A stretch of 64,000 bases of DNA from Candidatus Korobacteraceae bacterium. GTDB lineage: Bacteria > Acidobacteriota > Terriglobia > Terriglobales > Acidobacteriaceae. Shown here piece by piece: positions 55,218 through 63,812 of this stretch. Within the stretch, counting starts at the first letter, position 1. Every line of letters starts with the position of its first letter. The notes below the pieces were generated by a model, which did no database searches, had not been told where the DNA came from, and was given only the letters and a program-made list of their open reading frames with translations. Position numbers and translations under genes: made by a program. The DNA is taken from positions 359-64,358 of the forward strand of contig JBEKBO010000017.1 of NCBI GenBank assembly GCA_050015355.1, read 5' to 3'.

Positions 55218-56913
55218 TTGCCGCCCACTCGCCGCCCGAGGATTGCTCCCAGACAATGCGGCCGTGCAGCAGCGCAGCCACAATCGCCGGCGAAAGATCG
55301 TGGTGATGGTCGAAAAAACGCTCTTCCATCCGGTTCCACCACGCCAAATGGCCGAGCGGGTTTGCCGCAGGATCATACTTGGTGGAGAACACGAAGGCGA
55401 CATCGAAGGCTTGCCGTTGCTGCGCTGCCTTGAACACCTCCGGGGCGGTGAAGTTCGTTATCCGCACCACCGCGAGAGGACTGGAAACGTAGCCGAGAAA
55501 GGGCCGGTTCAGCTCGTCGGAAGCGGGCCAGGCGGTCAGAATCCGATCGTGCGCGTAGTGCCGCTCCAAATAAGCGGCGGCTTGCACGTGCAGGCGGACG
55601 AAGCGCGCGTAGGTGAGGTTATCTTCCGGGGCGATTCTCCAGGGCGCGCTCATCACCAGCGCCAGCACGAAAGCCGCCGCACAGGCCGCGCACCAGGCCC
55701 GCCAGAGTGATATCGGGCGTCGCCAGGGTCTCTGGTACGCGCCCTGGTCGTGCGTCCCCTGGTTGCGCGGGTTGGGGTAGAGTTCCGCAACCCCGAGGAT
55801 AATCGCCAGGGGAATCACCGGAATCATGTAGCGCGCCAGCTCCGCCCCGCCTACGAACGACAGCGCCAGCACATAGGCCGCAATCAGCACGCAAAAGATG
55901 GCCTGCACGCGGCGCTCGATGACCGGCCCGCGTCCGTCGGGCGCTAGCCGCAGTCTCCACACGATCAGGGCGGGGATGGTCAGCAGGAACAGGTTCATGC
56001 ATCCCGCCGCATCCCACAGGCGCATCAACCCCGTCAGCGGAATGCGTAGAGGTTGGAAAGCGCTCCACACGTTGTAAGACAAATACTCTGCGTTGAAGAC
56101 CCGGCTGGTTTGCCGATAATGATAGGCGTACCACGCCAGCAGCGGAACTCCGGCCAGCAGTTGCGCGAACGCCGCCGCCACCGGTAGTTGCGCGTGGTGG
56201 GGTGAAGGCTCCTGCTTCGCTCCGGGGTCCCCGACAAGCCCTTTGTTGGCTTGTTGGGGTTGCAGAGCGGCGCGGTCTCGCAGATAGCCAACAATCTCCC
56301 AGAGAAAAAACGCCAGGGGAGTGATGAATGCCGTTTCCTTGGACAGCGTGGCTAAAGCGGAGAAGCTGATTGAACCCAGGCGCCGGCCCGTGATGTAGAA
56401 GTAGACGGCCCACGCGGTAAAGGCGAATGCCCCGATATCGAGCTGGAGCAGGGAACTCTGCGCGAAGATTACCGGATGAAGCGCCGTCAGCCCGAGGGCT
56501 GCCAGCGCCACCTGCCGGTTAGCCACGCGCTCCGCCAGCCGATAAAACCCAAGCAGCCCGAAGGCGGCCAGCATCAACATGGCCGTGCGCGTCACTGCCG
56601 GCGCAAAGTTGCTGAGCTTCCACCACATCGCAACCCAGAGCATCACCAGCGGGGGATGCGCATTGGAGAGCGTAGTCTGCGGAATCAGCGTTCCGTGCAG
56701 CAGAATGTCGCGGGCGGCCGGCACGAAATAACCGGCCTCGTCGGAGAAATAAGGCAGCCGCAGCAGGGGCGCGTGCAGGATAAAAATCGCGCAAAAGATC
56801 AGGGCGAAGTCAAAACCCGGCGGAAGCCACAGTGTGCCCGGGCTGGCCGCGACTTCGCCGGTTGGCCTCACCTGCGCCGAAGGGGGCAAAGCGCTTTGCG
56901 GCTCCCGTTCCAT
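55060..56913 (-). CDS. ArnT/GT39-like polytopic membrane glycosyltransferase
   Basis: 617 aa with about 11 TM segments. The N-terminal loop PYFSDEAGYFVPAARD resembles the DE(x) motif of GT-C enzymes. Contains a repeat-derived in-frame insert at 56224-56260. Confidence 0.65.
   Translation of the reverse strand: MEREPQSALPPSAQVRPTGEVAASPGTLWLPPGFDFALIFCAIFILHAPLLRLPYFSDEAGYFVPAARDILLHGTLIPQTTLSNAHPPLVMLWVAMWWKLSNFAPAVTRTAMLMLAAFGLLGFYRLAERVANRQVALAALGLTALHPVIFAQSSLLQLDIGAFAFTAWAVYFYITGRRLGSISFSALATLSKETAFITPLAFFLWEIVGYLRDRAALQPQQANKGLVGDPGAKQEPSPHHAQLPVAAAFAQLLAGVPLLAWYAYHYRQTSRVFNAEYLSYNVWSAFQPLRIPLTGLMRLWDAAGCMNLFLLTIPALIVWRLRLAPDGRGPVIERRVQAIFCVLIAAYVLALSFVGGAELARYMIPVIPLAIILGVAELYPNPRNQGTHDQGAYQRPWRRPISLWRAWCAACAAAFVLALVMSAPWRIAPEDNLTYARFVRLHVQAAAYLERHYAHDRILTAWPASDELNRPFLGYVSSPLAVVRITNFTAPEVFKAAQQRQAFDVAFVFSTKYDPAANPLGHLAWWNRMEERFFDHHHDLSPAIVAALLHGRIVWEQSSGGEWAAIIELDEIRNASGHPPPEWTPVCERSGISARTSQPSTSRLQCSGSKDDRKPAG
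56224..56260 (+). repeat. GGGGTCCCCGAC...GTTGGGGT hairpin element (inside the ArnT-like CDS)
   Basis: GGGGT-CCCCGACAAGCC-CTTTGTT-GGCTTGTTGGGG-T. Translated on the minus strand as QPQQANKGLVGDPG. Confidence 0.75.
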
Positions 56914-56929
56914 TGCTCCGGAAACCGCT

Positions 56930-57220
56930 CTAGTGGACTGGCCCAGGTGCCATCTTCGGGTCGAGCTTGATCTCCCCGAACGCCTGCTCGTAATTGGCGA
57001 CGTTTTGCTGTAGCAGCCCGGCCAACGCCTTGGCCTGCTGCGGACTCAGGTAGATCGCCTGAAAATTCTGCACCTCGACATGTGTCTCGCTGGGCTGGAG
57101 CGTGCCGAAGACGAGAAAAAAATCCCAGACGTTCACGCGCACCTGCACGCTGTTGGCGTAGCGCTCGCGATAATCCGCCGTGTTGGTGATGCGAATATCC
57201 TGTTGCTGCACATAAGTCAT
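56930..57220 (-). CDS. DUF3467 domain protein
   Basis: 96 aa. YANSVQVRVNVWDFFLVFG matches the DUF3467 core as I recall it. Confidence 0.65.
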   Translation of the reverse strand: MTYVQQQDIRITNTADYRERYANSVQVRVNVWDFFLVFGTLQPSETHVEVQNFQAIYLSPQQAKALAGLLQQNVANYEQAFGEIKLDPKMAPGPVH

Positions 57221-57279
57221 GAATGGTCGTCCTGCGTGCGCAGTTGCGCTAGGGTGCGGTGTCCCGGAAATACTACTCT

Positions 57280-57481
57280 GTCATGTTGAGCGCAGCGAAA
57301 CATCCCCGGGAAACTGTCCCACTCCGCGCCGCTCTGGGCTCTTTGATAAATTCCTTCGGCTGTGCCTCAGCTCACGCCGCGCTGGGATTTCGGGTTCCTT
57401 CGCTTCGCTCAGGATTTCGGCAGGCGGCTCAGACGCCGCCTCAACGCCTCAACTTCGCTCCCTCTGGTCGCTCAGAATGAC
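57280..57481. repeat. MITE-like palindromic element, composite copy D (copy-B-type backbone with a nested 60-nt module)
   Basis: GTCATGTTGAGCGCAGCGAAAC...GGTCGCTCAGAATGAC. Positions about 57397-57458 are the reverse complement of the module at 24545-24606. Confidence 0.8.
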
Positions 57482-57535
57482 ACCCCTAAACCTTTATTGC
57501 CCGAATTTGCGGAACGCACACCAGTTCGCGAAAGA

Positions 57536-58522
57536 TCAAATCATCTGCGTGCCCCACAGATCGTGCAGATGCAGCACGCCCTGGACCCGGCCTTCGCCGT
57601 CTACGACGACGAGAGAAGTGATCTTCTTTTGCTCCATGACCTCCAGGGCCGCGGTGGCGAACTCGTCCGGCGAGATCGTTTTCGGTGTCCGGGTCATGCA
57701 TTCGCCCGCCGTCAGGTCGAGAATCTCTTTGCCGCGGCGTTCAAGCAGGCGGCGCAAGTCGCCGTCGCTGATAACACCGGCGAGGATATCGCCTTCCACC
57801 ACGGCCGTCATGCCGAGCTTCTTGCTCGACATCTCGAAGATCGCGTCGGCCATGCGCGCCCGCGGCGAAATCCTCGGGATTGCGTCGCCGGTATGCATCA
57901 GCGCCGACACTCGCATCAGCCGCTTGCCGATCTTCCCGCCCGGATGCAGGTTGGCGAAGTCCTCTTCCCGGAAGCCGCGTTTCTCGGCAAGCGCGACGGC
58001 AATGGCGTCGCCCAGGGCGAGCATCGCCGTGGTGGAGGTGGTAGGCGCCAGCCCTAGCGAGCAGGCCTCTTTGGCAACCGAGCAGTCGAGGGCGATGTCG
58101 GCGGCCTGCGCCAGCGAACTGCGGCTGCCATTCGGCGGGTAGAGCGGGTCGCAGGTAAAGCTGATGAGCGCGATGCCGAGCCTTTTGATGTTCGGCAGCA
58201 GCTCGATGATCTCCTCGGTTTCGCCGCTGGCCGAGAGCGCGATTACGATGTCGCCGCGCACGATCATGCCCAGATCGCCATGCAGCGCTTCGGCCGGATG
58301 CAGGTAGAGCGCCGGTGTCCCGGTCGAGCTGAGCGTGGCGGCGATCTTGCGCGCGATCAGGCCGCTCTTTCCCAAGCCGGTCACAACCACGCGCCCCGCG
58401 CAGCCGGAAAGCAGTTCCACGGCGCGGCAAAACGTCCCGGCCATGGGGCCGTCGATGCGGTCGGCCAACTGCCGCAAGGCTTCCGCTTCCATGCGAACGA
58501 CATTTGCGCCAGTGCGATTCAT
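57536..58522 (-). CDS. kpsF: arabinose-5-phosphate isomerase (KpsF/GutQ family: SIS plus 2 CBS domains)
   Basis: GRVVVTGLGKSG SIS motif, SASGETEE, and C-terminal tandem CBS domains. Start at the ATG at 58522 (MNRTGANV). Confidence 0.9.
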   Translation of the reverse strand: MNRTGANVVRMEAEALRQLADRIDGPMAGTFCRAVELLSGCAGRVVVTGLGKSGLIARKIAATLSSTGTPALYLHPAEALHGDLGMIVRGDIVIALSASGETEEIIELLPNIKRLGIALISFTCDPLYPPNGSRSSLAQAADIALDCSVAKEACSLGLAPTTSTTAMLALGDAIAVALAEKRGFREEDFANLHPGGKIGKRLMRVSALMHTGDAIPRISPRARMADAIFEMSSKKLGMTAVVEGDILAGVISDGDLRRLLERRGKEILDLTAGECMTRTPKTISPDEFATAALEVMEQKKITSLVVVDGEGRVQGVLHLHDLWGTQMI

Positions 58523-58631
58523 GGAAAGACGAATAGTACCAGATCGCCCGCCAGCCGCGCCGCCAAACATGCCATGGAAAGTCCGTGTTTTTTGTTTGGC
58601 GCGCCTTTGCCGCTACAGGTAAGCTGACTAG

Positions 58632-59315
58632 GTGGAACGCCAGATGAAAGAGATGAGAGCCCTTGCCCGCAAACCTGCTGCTATAATACTTTGCCTGCTG
58701 CTCTTGGCCGCGGCCAGCTTCGCCGCATCCGACGGGCGCTCGCTCGATCGCGGCACCAATGAACTTGGCTTCTGGGCCGGGTATTCGCCAAACAATCCGA
58801 CGTTGATCGGCATCACCACCGACCGCCCTTTTTTCGAGCTGAATTTTCAGTATGCGCGGGTGCTTGTCGCCCGCGACAACTGGGCCCTGAAGTATATGGT
58901 CGAGATGGTTCCGGTGGCCGTCATAAGCCAGCCGCGGCAGGTCAATGTGGTGCAGGGAAATCTGGTGGTGCAGGTCGACGCCGCCGGCACCAAGCGTGCC
59001 ATTTACGGAGGAGGCGCTTCTCCCATAGGGTTACAGGTGAACTTCCGCCGCCATCGCATGTTTCAGCCCTACATCAACGGGACGGCGGGCGTCCTGTATT
59101 TCGCCGAGCAGGTTCCGGTGAGCGGATCGTCGCAGTTTAACTTCGGGGTCGGCTGGGGAGCGGGCGTGCAGATCTGGCATCGGGAGAACCAGTCCGTCAG
59201 TATTGGCTACAAATTCCACCATATTTCCAACGCCAACTCGGCCGACAGAAACCCGGGCGCAGACTCCAACCTGCTCTACGCGGGCTATAGTTGGAGTTGG
59301 AAGTTGAGGCGTTGA
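58632..59315 (+). CDS. PagL-like acyloxyacyl hydrolase / lipid A deacylase outer-membrane beta-barrel
   Basis: Signal peptide, with GYKFHHISNA (His-x-Ser-Asn) near the C-terminus as in the PagL family. Alternative ATG starts at 58644 and 58653. Confidence 0.65.
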   Translation: MERQMKEMRALARKPAAIILCLLLLAAASFAASDGRSLDRGTNELGFWAGYSPNNPTLIGITTDRPFFELNFQYARVLVARDNWALKYMVEMVPVAVISQPRQVNVVQGNLVVQVDAAGTKRAIYGGGASPIGLQVNFRRHRMFQPYINGTAGVLYFAEQVPVSGSSQFNFGVGWGAGVQIWHRENQSVSIGYKFHHISNANSADRNPGADSNLLYAGYSWSWKLRR

Positions 59316-59430
59316 GGCGGCGTCTGAGCCGCCTGCCGAAATCCTGAGCGAAGCGAAGGACCTCGCCTCCCAGCACAGCAGGAGGTTTCGCCTTGGTGGC
59401 CCACATTTGCCTGCTGTTGGCTAATGTGGG
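59299..59430. repeat. partial repeat cluster (60-nt module plus a variant hairpin module)
   Basis: 59299-59359 matches 24545-24606. 59394-59428 is a CCCACATTTGCC-TGCTGTT-GGCTAATGTGGGG hairpin related to the one at 51046-51083. Confidence 0.7.
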
Positions 59431-59443
59431 GTATTCTTAGCGG

Positions 59444-59944
59444 CTACGTGCTGCTCTTCGGCGGTTTCCACTGATTCAGGAATTCGACAATCTGCTGCGG
59501 GTCGAGCCGGCGGGCGGATGAGAACTGCCCATCCCGCTGGCTACTCAGCAGGCGGCCGCGCTCCGACAGCACGGCGATAGCCGGAATCCCTTTTTTCAGC
59601 GGAATCTGGTATTGCTCCGCCAAGTCGACGTTCTTGGCATACCTTCCCTCGCCTTCGCCGGTATCCACGTGCACCACGATGAAATTGTTCTCCACCAGCG
59701 CCTTGATCGGCTCCTGGTGGAAGCGATAGTCGAGCGCGTGACAATCGGGACACCAGTTGGCGCCAAACACGAGAAGAATCCGCTTGTGCTCCCGCCCGGC
59801 TTCACGGACCGCCTTGTCGATCTCCGCTTTGGCGTTGGCCTCAGGATCGTAGAGCTTGGGGTTAAACGTGATCTGAGCCGCGGCAGCGGCCATCAGCAAC
59901 AGAAGAGAAATTGCAATCGTCGTCGTACGCCGCATAAACACCAC
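59444..59944 (-). CDS. secreted thioredoxin-fold protein
   Basis: Signal peptide, then the FGANWCPDCH CxxC motif. Confidence 0.75.
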   Translation of the reverse strand: MVFMRRTTTIAISLLLLMAAAAAQITFNPKLYDPEANAKAEIDKAVREAGREHKRILLVFGANWCPDCHALDYRFHQEPIKALVENNFIVVHVDTGEGEGRYAKNVDLAEQYQIPLKKGIPAIAVLSERGRLLSSQRDGQFSSARRLDPQQIVEFLNQWKPPKSST

Positions 59945-60078
59945 TCCCGCAGCTATGGTACATGAAACAAAGCGAGGGCCTCAGATTCGCTGACCCGTCC
60001 CCGACATCCCATCTCCGGTTTGACCCCGCCGCGCCCTCACCCTAAAATCAAAGATTCAGAACAGGAACACGACGCACT

Positions 60079-61566
60079 ATGGCGCTCCAACTCTATAACA
60101 CGCTCTCCGGCAAAGTTCAGGAATTCAAACCCAGCCAGGACAACCTCGTCCGCATGTATGCCTGCGGGCTCACCGTTTACGATTACGGCCACATCGGCAA
60201 CTTCCGCACTTTCATCGCGGTCGACGTGCTGCGCCGCTTCCTGCTGCAAAGCGGTTACAGCCTCAAGCACGTCATGAACATCACCGACGTTGACGACAAG
60301 ATCATCCGCAACGCCATGCAGAAGGGTGTGCCGATCGCCGACTACACCGCCAAGTTCACCCAGGCTTTCCTGGACGACATGCAGACGCTCAGTCTGCAAT
60401 CGCCGGAAAAGCTGGTGCGGGCGACCGAGCATATCCCGGAGATGGCGCACTTTATCGCCAATCTGGTCGCCAAGGGCAACGCCTACCGCACCGACGAAGG
60501 CTCGTACTACTTCCGCATCTCCAGCTTCCCGCAGTACGGCGAGCTCAGCAAGAAGGACTTCGCCGGCATGACCGACGGCGCGCGCGTCGACGTCGACGAG
60601 TACGACAAAGACAATGCGCGCGACTTCGCCCTGTGGAAGGCCCCGAAGCCCGGCGAGCAGAGCTGGGACACCGAGATCGGCCCCGGGCGTCCGGGCTGGC
60701 ACATCGAGTGCTCCACCATGAGCATGGAGTACCTCGGCGAGAGCTTCGACATACACCTCGGCGGCGAGGACCTGATCTTTCCGCATCACGAAAATGAGAT
60801 CGCGCAGTCGGAGGCGCTCACCGGCAAGGAGTTCGCGCACGTCTGGGTGCACTCGCGCTTCCTGCTGGTCGAAGGCGAGAAGATGTCCAAGTCGCTCGGC
60901 AACTTCTACACCTTGCGCGACCTGGTGCTCATGGGCCACAAGCCGTCTTCCATTCGTTTCCTGCTGGCCTCTGTTCCTTACCGCAAGCAGCTTAACTTTA
61001 CCTTCGACGGACTGAAGCAGGCGGCTGCCTCGGTGGATCGTCTGCGCAACTTCAAGCTGCGTCTGGAAACCGAGCAACTCCCCGAAGGCACGAACCAGGC
61101 CGTTTCCGCGATGGCCGCCGAAACCGTCGCTGCCATGCGCGCCGCCATGGAAGACGACCTCAACACGGCACAGGCCCTGGGAGCCATGTTCGACATGGTG
61201 CGCGACGTGAACGCCGCCGCCGACAAGGGCGAGGTGCACAAAGGCGACGTGCCGGCGATGCTACAGGCGCTCGCCCGCTTCGACGAGATCTTCGCCGTGC
61301 TGGCCGACGATGACGCCGCCAAGATCCGCCGCGTGGTGGAGTGGGCCGAAGCCGAAGGCTTGCGCGACAAAATCTCAGCCGAAACCCGCGAACTGGCCAA
61401 AGCAGCCGCGCTCACTGACGCCCAAATCGAAGAGCTGGTAGCCAGGCACACCGCCGCGCGCAAGGCCAAAGACTTCAAGACCTCCGACGCGCTTCGAAAT
61501 CAACTGGCCGAGCAAGGCGTGATTCTGGAAAACACCAAAGACGGCGTGCGCTGGAAGAGAAAGTGA
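60079..61566 (+). CDS. cysS: cysteine--tRNA ligase
   Basis: HIGN (HIGH-type) and KMSKS motifs, with a WHIECS zinc site. Confidence 0.95.
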   Translation: MALQLYNTLSGKVQEFKPSQDNLVRMYACGLTVYDYGHIGNFRTFIAVDVLRRFLLQSGYSLKHVMNITDVDDKIIRNAMQKGVPIADYTAKFTQAFLDDMQTLSLQSPEKLVRATEHIPEMAHFIANLVAKGNAYRTDEGSYYFRISSFPQYGELSKKDFAGMTDGARVDVDEYDKDNARDFALWKAPKPGEQSWDTEIGPGRPGWHIECSTMSMEYLGESFDIHLGGEDLIFPHHENEIAQSEALTGKEFAHVWVHSRFLLVEGEKMSKSLGNFYTLRDLVLMGHKPSSIRFLLASVPYRKQLNFTFDGLKQAAASVDRLRNFKLRLETEQLPEGTNQAVSAMAAETVAAMRAAMEDDLNTAQALGAMFDMVRDVNAAADKGEVHKGDVPAMLQALARFDEIFAVLADDDAAKIRRVVEWAEAEGLRDKISAETRELAKAAALTDAQIEELVARHTAARKAKDFKTSDALRNQLAEQGVILENTKDGVRWKRK

Positions 61567-61638
61567 AGTAAGTTTCAGGGCTTCAAGCTGTGATTTTCGT
61601 CGGTGCTCGCCGGCGCATCCACATCGCTGCAAAAGCAA

Positions 61639-61662
61639 CAGGCGGCAACAATTTGCCGCCTG
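61639..61662. terminator. 10-bp perfect hairpin, possible terminator
   Basis: CAGGCGGCAA-CAAT-TTGCCGCCTG. A T-rich run (TTGCTTTT) occurs only in the minus-strand orientation. Lies 73 nt after the cysS stop. Confidence 0.4.
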
Positions 61663-62072
61663 CTCGACCCTGCTTCCCAGGAGACTTTCCCTGTGAACGC
61701 CCTGTTAATAAATCATAGCCGATCTTCCCGGCAAAATGCGCGTTTAGTTTTTGCGTAGTTTTCGCGACATTTTTCTCAAACTATTCTCCTCGTAAATTCA
61801 GCAGCTTAGCTTCCAAGTAGCACGGAACGGGGTTGACAGGGTTCCACTCGTGCCTGCCGAACGCAATTCCTCATTGGTATATCCAAGAATTTCCTAGGGA
61901 ATGTCATGGCGACCGGAGCGCCGAGCGCCGGTAGAGAAGCAAGAAGCTGTTCGGGCGCGGAGTGGAGCCACCCTTTGTTTTTTTGCTGTAGGGACAAGTA
62001 GGAACAAAAGATGGCTCGACTTCGCTCGCCATGACAGTCTGAGTTTATTTCGGATATTTCACTCGTGCCGCT

Positions 62073-63812
62073 CTAGCCCTCCTTGCCGCTCGCGGTTGTC
62101 GCCTCAGATGCGACGCGCTGCCGCAGCGCGCGCTTCAGAAACTTGCCGGTCGAAGTTCGCGGAATCGCATCCATGAACATATACCGGTCCGGCAACCACC
62201 ATTTGGCAAACTTGTCGGCGATAAAGCGTTCGATTTCTTCCGCGCTCGCCGTCGCTCCCTGCTTCAGAACGATGCACGCCAAGGGACGCTCGTCCCACTT
62301 AGGGTGCGGCACGGCGATCACGGCTGCTTCGGCCACCGCCGGGTGACCCATGATGGCGTTTTCCAAATCCACCGAGCTGATCCATTCGCCGCCGGACTTG
62401 ATCAGGTCCTTGGTGCGGTCGCATATCTTGATGTAGCCGTCGGCGTTGATGGTGGCCACGTCGCCGGTACGCAGCCAGCCGTCGGCGGTGAACTTTTCCG
62501 GATCGTGCGCGCGGTTGTGATAACGGCCGGTTACGAAGGGGCCGCGCGCCTGTAGTTCTCCCATGGTTTTGCCATCGCAGCACACCTCTTTGGCGCCGTC
62601 GCCCACCACGCGCAGATCGACGAATGGCAGCGCGGTTCCCTGCGTGGAGCGCACCGCGTAGCGCTCGTCTTCGGGCAGATCCCGCATGTGAGCCCGCAGC
62701 CGCGAGATCGTGCCCACGGGCGACAACTCGGTCATGCCCCAGGCGTGAACCACCTCGATGCCCAGCCGGTCAAAACCGCGGATCATCGCCTCAGGCGCGG
62801 CCGAGCCGCCCACCAGCAGTTGCAGCCCGGGAGCGAATTTATGCTTGCCGCCATCGCGCTCCAGCAGTTGCAGCAGGGCCAGCCACAGGGTCGGCACGCC
62901 CGCCGCGAAGGTCACCTGCTCGCGTTCGATCAGGTCCAGCAGGCTCTCGGCGTCCAGGTGTGGCCCTGGAAACACCAGCTTGCTGCCCACCATGGCGAGC
63001 GCGTGCGGAATCCCCCACGAGAGCACGTGAAACATCGGCACCACCGGCATCACCGTGTCGCGTTGCGACGCCCCCATCGAGTCGGGCAGCAGGATACTGA
63101 AAGCGTGCAGCACGATGGAGCGATGCGAATACACCACGCCCGGCGGACGCCCGGTCGTTCCCGAGGTGTAGCACATCGCCGCCGGCTCGTTCTCATCCAG
63201 TTCGGGGTAACAGAACTCCGCGCCGCTTGCCTTCGCAGCGCTTGTCTCATTACCCCCGGGAGCTTCGTTCGCCGGGGCTCCCGCGCTCTTGAGCAACTCC
63301 TCATAACTCTCATAGCCGGGAGGAATTGGCTTGCCGGTAAGCGGCACCACGAAGATCCGCTCCAGGGTGGGCGGGGTCCCCGACGCGCCCGTATTTGGCG
63401 CGTTGGGGTGAAAAGTCACGCGATCCTTAAACAGCTCGAACAGCGGCAACAGCACGTCATCGACAATCAGAAACCGGTCCTGCGCGTCATTGACGATGTA
63501 AGCGATTTCATCAGGATGCAGGCGCAGGTTCAGGGTGTGCACCACTCCGCCCGCCACCGGCACTCCAAAGTATGCTTCCAGGTGCGCGTAGTGGTTCCAC
63601 ATCAGGGTAGCCACGCGGTCGCCCCGCTTCAGCCCGGCCTGCGTCAAGGCCATGGCCAGCGCCCGCGCCCGCCGGTAGAAGTCGCCGTACGAAGTGCGGT
63701 GCAGAGAGCGGTCGGGCAGCCGCGAAACAATCTCGGAATTGGCGAAGTACCGGCCCGCACGTTCCAGCAGGTGCGGCAGCGTCAACGGATAGCTCATCAT
63801 GGTCGATTGCAT
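62073..63812 (-). CDS. AMP-dependent acyl-CoA synthetase (fatty-acid--CoA ligase family)
   Basis: YTSGTTGRPPGVVYSH AMP-binding motif, GWLRTGD, and DRTKDLIKSGGEWIS. Start placed at the ATG at 63812 (MQSTMMSYPL). Contains a repeat-derived in-frame insert at 63373-63410. Confidence 0.85.
   Translation of the reverse strand: MQSTMMSYPLTLPHLLERAGRYFANSEIVSRLPDRSLHRTSYGDFYRRARALAMALTQAGLKRGDRVATLMWNHYAHLEAYFGVPVAGGVVHTLNLRLHPDEIAYIVNDAQDRFLIVDDVLLPLFELFKDRVTFHPNAPNTGASGTPPTLERIFVVPLTGKPIPPGYESYEELLKSAGAPANEAPGGNETSAAKASGAEFCYPELDENEPAAMCYTSGTTGRPPGVVYSHRSIVLHAFSILLPDSMGASQRDTVMPVVPMFHVLSWGIPHALAMVGSKLVFPGPHLDAESLLDLIEREQVTFAAGVPTLWLALLQLLERDGGKHKFAPGLQLLVGGSAAPEAMIRGFDRLGIEVVHAWGMTELSPVGTISRLRAHMRDLPEDERYAVRSTQGTALPFVDLRVVGDGAKEVCCDGKTMGELQARGPFVTGRYHNRAHDPEKFTADGWLRTGDVATINADGYIKICDRTKDLIKSGGEWISSVDLENAIMGHPAVAEAAVIAVPHPKWDERPLACIVLKQGATASAEEIERFIADKFAKWWLPDRYMFMDAIPRTSTGKFLKRALRQRVASEATTASGKEG
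63373..63410 (+). repeat. GGGGTCCCCGAC...GTTGGGGTG hairpin element (inside the acyl-CoA synthetase CDS)
   Basis: GGGGT-CCCCGACGCGCC-CGTATTT-GGCGCGTTGGGG-TG. The inner stem differs from the other copies by compensatory changes. Translated on the minus strand as HPNAPNTGASGTPP. Confidence 0.75.
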
